From a virus (lineage: Duplodnaviria > Caudoviricetes), in IMG/VR virus record IMGVR_UViG_3300025084_000191, positions 1 to 25,788 of that record: a DNA stretch of 25,788 bases; one strand, given 5' to 3'. Shown here one piece after another: positions 9,161 to 17,204 of the stretch. The stretch's first letter is position 1, and each line of letters begins with the position of its first letter. A program made the translations under genes and the position numbers. The notes under the pieces were generated by a model, which worked only from the letters and a program-made list of their open reading frames with translations, had not been told where the DNA came from and ran no database searches.

Positions 9161-10566
9161 TAGACTGATTGTGTTCTTAGTGTTTTACTCTTTTCTACTT
9201 CAAAAGTGTACTGCATTAGTTTGTCATTAGCTATTGTCTTTCTTGTAAAGCTAGATGTTGTAAGTCTTACAGGTGTTACATATTGATTTAAAGCTGCGTT
9301 TGTAATCTCTACTCTATAACCTTCTAATAGATATACTTCAGGACTATTTATAAGCTCCTCAAAGACTACTGTATCTGCTTCAGTAACAAATTCTGTATTC
9401 ATTGTTATCTTTTCTGTGGCATTTACTCTAAAAGCTTTCTTACCACCTTTAAAACTGTCTATCCTGTATTTACTTTGATTCCAAGTTCCTTCTAGTTGAT
9501 TATATGTAGAACCTTTTGTTGTTGTGCTTCTTATAGATTTCTGAGTGAATGTGTAGTAATCCCATACACCCCATTGATTTAACCAACAGAGTCTAACACT
9601 TTCATATCCTTTTAAATTAGGACAATTTAAGTTTATAGTGTAATCTTGTGTCTTAGGTCCTACTCCTGCTAGTTTAACTGTATAATACCCACCTTGTATT
9701 GTACCTGCTGTTATTAGTCCTTTAAAAGTAGTAGACCAATTCTGTAAGTTGCCGGGATAACACCCAACGTGTACTAATAGATTCTCTGCACTTGCTGACC
9801 AACTAGCATAAGCACCATTAGCTACTGTCTTATCTACTGATTCTCCTCCTAATAAAGTTCCATCTGATGCAAAATATTCAAATCTTACACTTGTTATTTC
9901 ATCTGCTAAAACGCTATCAGCTAAAAATGATAAAGTACCATAGTCATTAATATTAGAATATAAAGTTGCAGGAGCATTAGTCAAGAATTTACCTTGTGTA
10001 CTTTTAGGTCTAAATGGTTGCATATCAAAACCAAAGTTAGCTGATGTACTACTAGACATTTCTAATTCATCTGAATATTTTAAGTAGCCGTTGAATATTT
10101 GATATAAGTCTGAATTTACTGATGTACCTGCTGCTCTTTCTACTACGTTAGTTGTTGTGTTTAAATACTCTACAAAGAATTGTAAAACCATATATCTAAA
10201 TGAATTATTGCTTAAACTAAAAGAATCTATAATATGCAATGGATGTCTGTCATCTACTGTTGTAGTTGTTGTTTTATATTGACTCCCTAAAGCACCCATA
10301 TTGTCAGGTTTAACATAATTCTCTACTATATTTCTTAAATCAAATATACCTACACCTGCATTGTTAGGGGTTGCTTTGAATACACCTATAAGGTCATTAG
10401 CAGTTGATACGTTTGGTGGTGTTGTATTACTTATGTGTACCTCTACACCAAATTTTACTTTAGTTTCATTTGCTACTGCTGTATTATTAGATACTACGAA
10501 AATAATATCTTGTCCTGCTGGTAGTGTATTAAATTTTGGATGTTGTTCTATTATTGATGCTGCCAT
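9160..10566 (-). CDS. Tail/baseplate structural protein (distal tail-like)
   Basis: 468 aa; GIFDL, FLTNAP, WLNQWGVWDYYTF and ELINSPEVY motifs typical of Bacteroidota phage tail proteins. Confidence 0.65.
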   Translation of the reverse strand: MAASIIEQHPKFNTLPAGQDIIFVVSNNTAVANETKVKFGVEVHISNTTPPNVSTANDLIGVFKATPNNAGVGIFDLRNIVENYVKPDNMGALGSQYKTTTTTVDDRHPLHIIDSFSLSNNSFRYMVLQFFVEYLNTTTNVVERAAGTSVNSDLYQIFNGYLKYSDELEMSSSTSANFGFDMQPFRPKSTQGKFLTNAPATLYSNINDYGTLSFLADSVLADEITSVRFEYFASDGTLLGGESVDKTVANGAYASWSASAENLLVHVGCYPGNLQNWSTTFKGLITAGTIQGGYYTVKLAGVGPKTQDYTINLNCPNLKGYESVRLCWLNQWGVWDYYTFTQKSIRSTTTKGSTYNQLEGTWNQSKYRIDSFKGGKKAFRVNATEKITMNTEFVTEADTVVFEELINSPEVYLLEGYRVEITNAALNQYVTPVRLTTSSFTRKTIANDKLMQYTFEVEKSKTLRTQSV

Positions 10567-11090
10567 TATTTTATTGTTGTTAATCCTTCTATTATATCTT
10601 CTTTTAAATTACCTAATAAGTCTTTACCAAATTGTTTTAAACCTAATCCTAAAGGTTTTTGAAAGAAACTTATACCTTGTATTCCATCTCTTTTAATTGC
10701 TCTACCCATTATAAAAGCTAAAGACATATTGCTAATAAATCTTCCTGTTTTTTTATCTCTACCTTTAATTCCTTTCTTCTTTATCCATTTAGCTAATATT
10801 CCTGGAGGTGGTTGTTTATTAGTATATTTATAAGGACTTGATATTGTTTGACCTTTGTAGTCTTTAAAAGTTCTTTTTTGTTTATTACCTGATACACCTT
10901 TGTCTACAAATGTACCATAGCTATTCATATAGAATTGTACTGAGAAACCATCAGCATCAGTAATTACTTTGAAAGTTATAGAGTTTTCTAAGTTTCCACC
11001 TTTACCTGCTTTTTGTAGATTACCCTTAGCTCTATTGACTACTTGCTTACCAAAGCTGTTTAAATACTTTTCTATATTGTCAGTCTTCAT
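10566..11090 (-). CDS. Neck / tail completion protein (HK97 gp10-like)
   Basis: GNLENSI, YGTFVDKGVSG, PPPGILAKWIKKKGI and RAIKRDGI motifs; basic protein. Confidence 0.7.
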   Translation of the reverse strand: MKTDNIEKYLNSFGKQVVNRAKGNLQKAGKGGNLENSITFKVITDADGFSVQFYMNSYGTFVDKGVSGNKQKRTFKDYKGQTISSPYKYTNKQPPPGILAKWIKKKGIKGRDKKTGRFISNMSLAFIMGRAIKRDGIQGISFFQKPLGLGLKQFGKDLLGNLKEDIIEGLTTIK

Positions 11091-11539
11091 TACTCTAAAC
11101 CTACAAATACTTCTACTCTAGCATCTGTTGTACTTGCAGTTTCTACTGTTACCTTAGAAAGATTTTCTAAAGTAGGAAATGATGGTGTTGTACCTGTTTC
11201 TCCTATAAGGACTGCTTCAGCTTTACTTAAAACGTGAGAATTGCCTGGAGTTACTAATACAGTATATAAATTTGATGTACCAACAAAAGCTACTTCTATA
11301 TTCTCTGTTGTACTTAAATTAGTTATTCTAAAATACTTTGTTCTATCTACATCAATAGCACCTACTGAAGTATAAGGACTTGCTGCAAAAGAACATACTG
11401 TTGTCTGTTGTCCTTGTGTACATAATACTATTCTTTCAAATACATCATTGATTCCTGTTGTAGTTACTGAGTTTGTAGAACCTCTTAGTGAACCATTCAA
11501 GGTTACTGATTCTGATAATGTTGTTACTAAATCTGCCAT
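11090..11539 (-). CDS. Hypothetical virion protein, 149 aa
   Basis: Beta-rich with KYFRITNL motif; lies in the structural operon. Confidence 0.55.
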   Translation of the reverse strand: MADLVTTLSESVTLNGSLRGSTNSVTTTGINDVFERIVLCTQGQQTTVCSFAASPYTSVGAIDVDRTKYFRITNLSTTENIEVAFVGTSNLYTVLVTPGNSHVLSKAEAVLIGETGTTPSFPTLENLSKVTVETASTTDARVEVFVGLE

Positions 11540-11543
11540 AATT

Positions 11544-11894
11544 TTATTTTTTATCTATTTGTTTTAATTTATTAATTGCCCAATTTATACCTGAAGCACC
11601 ACCCCAAGCATCCCACATTAAACCACCACACCCTTCTGAGTAAGGTACATTTTTATGTTGTTGATGTCTTTTAAATGAAGCCATACGTGCTATTGTATCT
11701 CTACTTATCTTTTTCTTATCTGCTAATTGTCTTGCTCTTGTCCAACCTACCCTAGTACCACAACTACTACCATTTTCTTCCTTATACTTAATTGCTTTCT
11801 TAGCATTGTTACTAGCTGAAGCAGGATAGTCACTATAACTTTCTAAGTTAATACTTATATCTTCTAGCTTTTCTAATACATCATCATAGTTCAT
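11544..11894 (-). CDS. Conserved phage protein (SYSDYP...CGT.VG...WGG domain), 116 aa
   Basis: Start moved to ATG 11894 because of the ATGA overlap with the upstream micro-ORF and an A-rich leader. Confidence 0.7.
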   Translation of the reverse strand: MNYDDVLEKLEDISINLESYSDYPASASNNAKKAIKYKEENGSSCGTRVGWTRARQLADKKKISRDTIARMASFKRHQQHKNVPYSEGCGGLMWDAWGGASGINWAINKLKQIDKK

Positions 11895-11959
11895 AGTCTT
11901 ATTTTTATTTTTGGTGGTATTAATTGTATCTCTATTTTCCATATCTTAAATTTAAACAT
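11891..11959 (-). CDS. Micro-ORF, 22 aa (MFKFKIWKIEIQLIPPKIKIRL)
   Basis: Start overlaps the upstream stop (TAATG) and stop overlaps the downstream start (ATGA), filling the gap exactly. Confidence 0.65.
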   Translation of the reverse strand: MFKFKIWKIEIQLIPPKIKIRL

Positions 11960-12507
11960 TAGTAACCTGCACCTTGATTTAATACAGGTATATCACAAGT
12001 CTGAAAGTCATTCATTACTTTAACACCTATCTGAAAAACCCAACCACAACAGAGATTATCAAATCTTTCTTGAAATGGTTCTATTGTGAATTGGTCTTGT
12101 GTAAAGTATATTGGTGCATTAATATCATTAACCCCTTCAAGTGATTGCCTTGAACTATGTCTTAACATACCTATAAAGTCAGTAGCTATTTCTAAAGTCT
12201 GATTCCATACTTCTTGCTCATTGTTCTTAGTGTTTACTAATTTAGTAAGCAATTTTTGTTGTTCAGTCTTCCAATCTTTCTTTTCGCTTACCATATCCAT
12301 AATAAAGATTTGAAAGTTATATACTAACTCACTATCTCCTGTTGATACGTTTAAAGGATTAATGTGTAATAAAGGAAACTTCTCCATCTTCTCTAAGTTA
12401 ATATCATAGATGTCTCCAACTGATACAGTAGATATTTGATTATGATACTCTCCTAATCTACATAGAGTGTTTATTACGTTATTGTATGTCTTATTGCTTA
12501 CTGCCAT
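11959..12507 (-). CDS. Putative tail terminator / tail completion protein
   Basis: GDIYDI, FPLLHINP and EPFQERFDNLCCGW motifs; gpU-like size and pattern. Confidence 0.65.
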   Translation of the reverse strand: MAVSNKTYNNVINTLCRLGEYHNQISTVSVGDIYDINLEKMEKFPLLHINPLNVSTGDSELVYNFQIFIMDMVSEKKDWKTEQQKLLTKLVNTKNNEQEVWNQTLEIATDFIGMLRHSSRQSLEGVNDINAPIYFTQDQFTIEPFQERFDNLCCGWVFQIGVKVMNDFQTCDIPVLNQGAGY

Positions 12508-13269
12508 ATTTTACTTTATTTTGCGACTCTAAGTCTGTTTCATAACTTAACCAAGTAAATGCTTCTAATAGGTTAAGCTTTGTTATTTGTTCTAGTTTTG
12601 AAATATCTGCATTACACAATCTATAAAATATTCCAAAGTACCCCCACTTATCAGCAAAGGATTCTGTTGCTATTGCGTCTTCATTTCCTTCAGCCGTTCC
12701 GTCAAAAATGATTGCAAAGTCTGCAATGATTCGTTGGCGAAAGTGTAAAAAAAAACCAATGCACTTTGCACTTGTTCAGCTGACATCTGCTTCATCTGTT
12801 CGGCTCGTATTCTTATATCTCCATCATACGCTTTAATTGTATAGATGTCATTCTTTTCCTCTACTATCGGTCTATACAGTATAGCCATTATTTCAGGTAA
12901 TTGTTTCTCTATATCCATTTTAATCATAGTCTCTAAGTCAGCCCATTCTCCTAACGTGATAGAGTCTAAATTAGGATGAAACCCATATCTCTTACCATCT
13001 ATTTCAATTATCCTTTTTAAAGAACTATTTTGATTCTTTTGTAGCTCAGAAATTTTACGCATTATAATAGCTATATCATTTAATTCTAATTCCTTTATTA
13101 GCTTCTTAGGAATATTAGATAATGCTTTTATAGTTTCTAAAGCTTCTTCACTTTTACTAAGTTTATGATAATCAACAAGTTTTATCCACTTTTCTAATGT
13201 TACGTCTTCCCACTTGTTAATTAACTTGAACTCTTTTACTTTTCCCTTCTTCTTAATGTTTATCTTCAT
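12491..13269 (-). CDS. Tail assembly chaperone, -1 frameshifted (GT-like) form, ~259 aa
   Basis: A -1 shift at G TTT TTT TTT A (12747-12755) opens ...FADKWGYFGIFYRLCNADISKLEQITKLNLLEAFTWLSYETDLES..., ending at TAA 12491-12493 and filling the otherwise empty 12508-12669 gap. Confidence 0.85.
12670..13269 (-). CDS. Tail assembly chaperone, short (G-like) form
   Basis: WEDVTL, YGFHPNLDSITLGEWADLE and IMAILYRP motifs; T9 slippery run near the end. Confidence 0.75.
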   Translation of the reverse strand: MKINIKKKGKVKEFKLINKWEDVTLEKWIKLVDYHKLSKSEEALETIKALSNIPKKLIKELELNDIAIIMRKISELQKNQNSSLKRIIEIDGKRYGFHPNLDSITLGEWADLETMIKMDIEKQLPEIMAILYRPIVEEKNDIYTIKAYDGDIRIRAEQMKQMSAEQVQSALVFFYTFANESLQTLQSFLTERLKEMKTQ

Positions 13270-13275
13270 ATATAT

Positions 13276-13304
13276 ATATAATAGAAATTGTTGATATTTA
13301 GTTT
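13276..13304 (-). promoter_or_regulatory. Putative phage late promoter, copy 4 (AAACT-N15-CTATTATAT)
   Basis: Same downstream box with a variant upstream box; 6 nt from ATG 13269. Confidence 0.65.
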
Positions 13305-13319
13305 AAAATGTTATATTTG
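13287..13319 (+). promoter_or_regulatory. Bacteroidota sigma70-type promoter on the antisense strand
   Basis: TATATTTG (TAnnTTTG, -7 box) at 13312-13319, with TTG elements 18 and 21 nt upstream. Confidence 0.55.
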
Positions 13320-13322
13320 CCA

Positions 13323-13367
13323 AGTTTTAGTTAATAATTAGGGTATGCTTTATGCTGCCCTTTTTTT
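13323..13367 (+). ncRNA. Candidate ~40-45 nt small RNA
   Basis: Bounded by the + strand -7 promoter and a + strand terminator; contains no plausible ORF. Confidence 0.4.
13340..13367 (+). terminator. Rho-independent terminator oriented on the + strand
   Basis: AGGGTA(T)GC-TTTAT-GCTGCCCT followed by a T run. The G-U pair and the U-tract only work in the + orientation. Confidence 0.65.
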
Positions 13368-14568
13368 ATTGAACGTAATATTTACCTGCATTAGGATTGT
13401 CTAAATGGTAGATTACATTATACCTAATACCATCTATTGCGTGATTGTAGCTATCGACATATAACTTACTACCTTTATCTGCATAGACATAATTATTTAA
13501 TTCTTTAGCTATATTAGAAGATTCAGGTGAAACTATTAATTGATAGTCTTGCATACGAGTTATCCCACTTTCAACAGTACCTTTCTTTACAGGTTTAATG
13601 TTTACTCCTAAATGCCTTAGGTCTTCAATTAATCTTGGCTCTGCACTATCTGCTATAATTAGTTTATTTTCCACTTTATCTAAAACTATTTTAGCTAGTT
13701 CGTGTGATTTATAACCATTCTTATAGATATGTTCTTTTACATATATCTTCTTATGTTTTTTATCAATAGCTACTTCTGTAAGACTATCAGGGTCTATACT
13801 GAAACCAAAGTCCATTCCACAAGATGTCTGTAAATTATTAGGATTAAAGTCTCCAAATACCCAATTATCAAATACAACTCCTTCTGCCTTGTCTAACCAA
13901 CCACCAAGTATTTTATGTTTGTACTTTTTAAAATTAGTATGCATTAGGTGCTCTATACGCTCTAGGAAGCTTTCTGAGAGGTTTTCTTTGTTATCTTGAT
14001 ATGTACTATGAATATAACAAACATCGTCTTTAATACCGTTAAAACCAGCTTCTACACCTTTGTCTTGAAAGAACCTATTATATATCCAATGCTCTTTAGT
14101 TGTTGGATTTAATATAAGTATAACTCTATTTTGTACTCCTTTTTCTCTAATACTTAGGTCTATTGTATCAAATATATCTTCATTGATAAGTTCTTCTGCT
14201 TCATCAAGCACCCAAGTACTTATACCTTGTAATGATTTTAGTCTTGCAGTTTGATTCCCTGATGATGTCTTTATACCTCTAAATAGTATGTCTGATTGAT
14301 TACTTGTATTTAATACCTCTGCTTTATTTATACTAAATACTTCTTCAAATCCTAATAATGTTATTTTCTCTAAGAACTCTGGTATAATAGATAGGTGTGC
14401 AGATACCATTGTAAATCTTGTGAATAGAATCCTAATACCTTTAGTCATTGTAAGCAAAGTTAGGAATACTGTAACAGCAAAAGATTTTCCTGAACCTCTA
14501 CCTCCTGTTATTATAAAGTATCTAGCATCAGAATTAAATAAAGCATTATATTTCTTATTCAGTATCAG
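13366..14568 (-). CDS. terL: Terminase large subunit (PBSX/SPP1-like), ~400 aa with non-canonical start
   Basis: Walker A GGRGSGKS lies upstream of the tracked start at 14457. Walker B WVLDEAEE, LILNP, nuclease GMDFGFSIDP and NHAIDGIRY are present. The frame opens after TAG 14572-14574 with AAA CTG ATA CTG. Confidence 0.93.
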   Translation of the reverse strand: MILNKKYNALFNSDARYFIITGGRGSGKSFAVTVFLTLLTMTKGIRILFTRFTMVSAHLSIIPEFLEKITLLGFEEVFSINKAEVLNTSNQSDILFRGIKTSSGNQTARLKSLQGISTWVLDEAEELINEDIFDTIDLSIREKGVQNRVILILNPTTKEHWIYNRFFQDKGVEAGFNGIKDDVCYIHSTYQDNKENLSESFLERIEHLMHTNFKKYKHKILGGWLDKAEGVVFDNWVFGDFNPNNLQTSCGMDFGFSIDPDSLTEVAIDKKHKKIYVKEHIYKNGYKSHELAKIVLDKVENKLIIADSAEPRLIEDLRHLGVNIKPVKKGTVESGITRMQDYQLIVSPESSNIAKELNNYVYADKGSKLYVDSYNHAIDGIRYNVIYHLDNPNAGKYYVQ

Positions 14569-14908
14569 TTTCTACAAATGTTATTACAGGCATATTAATA
14601 GGTTTATTGCCTGATGTTATATCAATATTATTAGTTTCGTTCCAACCTAGTTTTGTTTTAGCTGCGTGTATTACAACTGATGGGACCTTGTCATTAACAC
14701 AATCATAGTATTTTGATTTTATAAAATCCTTTGAAATATTTTCTATATCATTTACTTTGTTAGCAAATTCTTCATCTTCTTTTAGCCATTTATAGAAATT
14801 AGTTCTTGATAAATCTGTTGTCTTTAAAGCAGTAGTTACAACCCCTAGACTTTTCTCTAGTGCTTTTAACATTTGCTTTTTTGCTATTTGTGTTCTATTT
14901 TGTTCCAT
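14555..14908 (-). CDS. terS: Terminase small subunit (HTH type)
   Basis: ALEKSLGVVT...SRTNFYKWLKEDEEF helix-turn-helix; immediately upstream of and overlapping terL. Confidence 0.8.
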   Translation of the reverse strand: MEQNRTQIAKKQMLKALEKSLGVVTTALKTTDLSRTNFYKWLKEDEEFANKVNDIENISKDFIKSKYYDCVNDKVPSVVIHAAKTKLGWNETNNIDITSGNKPINMPVITFVETDTE

Positions 14909-15728
14909 TAATATATGTTTTTAAGTCATTTTTTATCTCCCAATTCAATATTTTTTTGGTATCATTAGGAATAGTTACAGCATTATATCTTTCTCCTTTA
15001 CGTTCAGGAATAAATTCTATATTATCTGTAAACATTTTAGCAACATCAATTATCTTATAATCTTTATCTGAACTTAAATACCATTCTTTATTATAGTCTT
15101 GCTTTCTTATTTTATCTAAGGCATTAACTATATCATCTATATGGGTAAATTGTCTACTTTGATTTCCATTGCCTACAACAGTTAATGCTTTACCTTCCTT
15201 ATATTGTTTTTCAAATATTCCTATTACAGTTGCATAGTCTCCTTCTGATATATGATTCTTACCATAAACATTATAAAAATAACATACTTCATATTTTAAT
15301 TTATACCATTCTGAATAATTTTTAATCAACTCTACCATTTTAGCTTTTACCCAAGAGTAAGGACTTAAGTTTTCATTATTACCAAATTTACTACTAGACG
15401 CAGAATATATTAGTTTTGCATTCCATTTTCTACATTGTTCTAATACTCTGGTTGTTCCCCATAAGTTACTAGTCATTAAATATTCGACATCTTTAAAAGA
15501 AGGAACTACTCTTGAATATTCTCCAAAATGATATACTATATCTTGTTTTGGCAGTTTGTGTATATCCCAACTACAATCTTGTATATATTCAACACCCTTA
15601 ATATGATTTGCTTCTTTACCTGTAAAATAATTATCTAGTGAAGTTATCGTAGCATTAGTATGTTTTTTTAAATGCTTAATTAAATTACTTCCTACATATC
15701 CTGCTCCCCCTGTTACTAATATTTTCAT
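14895..15728 (-). CDS. NAD-dependent NDP-sugar epimerase/dehydratase (extended SDR)
   Basis: TGGAGYVG Rossmann motif, ASSS, catalytic YSWVK (YxxxK), FYNVYG and GNQSRQFTHIDD. Confidence 0.92.
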   Translation of the reverse strand: MKILVTGGAGYVGSNLIKHLKKHTNATITSLDNYFTGKEANHIKGVEYIQDCSWDIHKLPKQDIVYHFGEYSRVVPSFKDVEYLMTSNLWGTTRVLEQCRKWNAKLIYSASSSKFGNNENLSPYSWVKAKMVELIKNYSEWYKLKYEVCYFYNVYGKNHISEGDYATVIGIFEKQYKEGKALTVVGNGNQSRQFTHIDDIVNALDKIRKQDYNKEWYLSSDKDYKIIDVAKMFTDNIEFIPERKGERYNAVTIPNDTKKILNWEIKNDLKTYINGTK

Positions 15729-16606
15729 TTGTTATTTTTATAAAATCTTTGTAAGGTTTTACTTTTTATTTCTTTAACTTGTTTTAGTTTTAAGTCATTT
15801 TTTTTGTTTTTTATATCTTCCCAATCAATATCTTCTCTCCTTACCAATCCATGCTTAAAGTGTTTTCTCCAATTTACATAATGATGCGGTCTATTCCAAA
15901 CTATTTTTGTTTCTGCATATTGTGGCCATATTTCTTCTAAGGACCTTGCTTTCAAAACCTTTTTCTCAAAAGCATTTCCTAAATATAACTCATCTTGATT
16001 ACCACCTTTCATTTTAGCTGTTGTTGATGTTTTATCTACACAGAAAGCATTAAATAGTAAAGTACATAAACCATTATCTAATACTTGTAAACATAAATCA
16101 ACATCTTCATTATATTTTAATCTCCATCTATAAGGCATATTATTTTTCATTAGCATTGCACTGTACGCATGAACATTGAGCCAAAATGGTTTTTTAGTAG
16201 ATTGTGTAACAAATGTAGAATAGTTAAAACCCGTTATGCCTACATTTTCATATCTATCTGTAAATTCTTCTAAAGCTTTTATGGCTTTCTTACCATTACA
16301 AACAATTCTATTACCTTTATGTGCTCTCCTAAATAATCTTATATTGTCATCAAATACCCAATGCCTATCAAATCCGTTCTTAATACTATCTTCCCAAGCA
16401 TAGTTTCTAGCAGGATAACTACCTACACCTAAATTTGCAAAAGGTAGTTTTGTTACATATTTATCTCCTAATGACTTGCAATAGTTATCATATTCCTGTG
16501 GTTCAACTAATATTTGAAAATCAATATTATCATTTATAAATAGATTAGCTGTCATAGGATTTTCCCATCTTCCTTTAGATACTATATATACAGGATACTT
16601 ATTCAT
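15725..16606 (-). CDS. TAGT/GREB1-like GT-A glycosyltransferase (putative DNA base glycosyltransferase)
   Basis: YIVSKGR, VEPQEY, ARN, FDDNI (DD), NEDVDLCLQVL and KGGN motifs match the TET/JBP-associated glycosyltransferase pattern. Confidence 0.8.
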   Translation of the reverse strand: MNKYPVYIVSKGRWENPMTANLFINDNIDFQILVEPQEYDNYCKSLGDKYVTKLPFANLGVGSYPARNYAWEDSIKNGFDRHWVFDDNIRLFRRAHKGNRIVCNGKKAIKALEEFTDRYENVGITGFNYSTFVTQSTKKPFWLNVHAYSAMLMKNNMPYRWRLKYNEDVDLCLQVLDNGLCTLLFNAFCVDKTSTTAKMKGGNQDELYLGNAFEKKVLKARSLEEIWPQYAETKIVWNRPHHYVNWRKHFKHGLVRREDIDWEDIKNKKNDLKLKQVKEIKSKTLQRFYKNNK

Positions 16607-17201
16607 ATTTTAAAGAATTCATATCTTTTCTTCCTTCATAAGGATAATGTGTTGCCCAAGCAGTGGATAATTTTTTAGTAAATTCTAATTTATGTTCTTG
16701 TGCAAATACTTCTCTATCTTTTTCATTTTCAAAATGTATGATAATTTTTAAACTATTTTCAGCAGCTTCAAATTCAGGCATACCTACCCATTCAGAATTT
16801 TCATCACCTCTGTTAATTTTATTAATATTATCATCTAAATTTTGCCATACATCTAATCCCCAATCTTTTATTTCTGTTGAATCCCATTCATTAGCTAACA
16901 TAGTCCAATCCCATTCACCAAAGTTAACATTATCTTTTACTACAAACTCTTTCTTTTGTTCGTCTGTTAATCCTTCTGCAATATCTATCCATACTTCCTT
17001 TAGTCCTGCTTCCTTACTTGCTTTAAGTCTCATATTGCCACCTAGTACCATCATATCTTCATCAACTACTATTGGTCTTAACTTTAGCATTTCAGGAAAC
17101 TCTTGTATTGAACTTACCAATTTTTTGAATTTATCATTTTTAATAATTCTAGGATTATTAGGGTTTCCTTTTATTTTGTATATCTTAACTTGTTGTTTCA
17201 T
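16599..17201 (-). CDS. ParB/Srx N-terminal domain protein with C-terminal WxGMPEF domain
   Basis: NPNNPR, LRPIVVD, LGGNMRLKA and KDNVNFGEWD (ParB-N); C-terminal EWVGMPEF...IIIHFENEKDREVFA...YP. Confidence 0.85.
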   Translation of the reverse strand: MKQQVKIYKIKGNPNNPRIIKNDKFKKLVSSIQEFPEMLKLRPIVVDEDMMVLGGNMRLKASKEAGLKEVWIDIAEGLTDEQKKEFVVKDNVNFGEWDWTMLANEWDSTEIKDWGLDVWQNLDDNINKINRGDENSEWVGMPEFEAAENSLKIIIHFENEKDREVFAQEHKLEFTKKLSTAWATHYPYEGRKDMNSLKYE

Positions 17202-17204
17202 AGT

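Noticed and set aside
12747-12755. Homopolymer sequencing error or pseudogene in the chaperone gene
   Set aside because: Both frames continue sensibly past the run, matching the established G/GT frameshift architecture; a read check is still advisable.
13268-13280. (TA)n run as a phase-variable switch
   Set aside because: Only about six units, overlapping the late-promoter box in an AT-rich genome; no evidence of length variation.
14572-14577. TAG-to-Gln recoding (TTG TAG AAA CTG would give terL a TTG start; TAG stops are rare here)
   Set aside because: All long genes are intact under the standard code with no in-frame TAG and no suppressor tRNA was seen; low TAG use fits the AT bias.
14895-15728. 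Epimerase as a host-metabolism auxiliary gene or host LPS fragment
   Set aside because: It overlaps the GT and terS genes in a late operon, so a role in phage modification is more parsimonious. Host surface modification is not strictly excluded.
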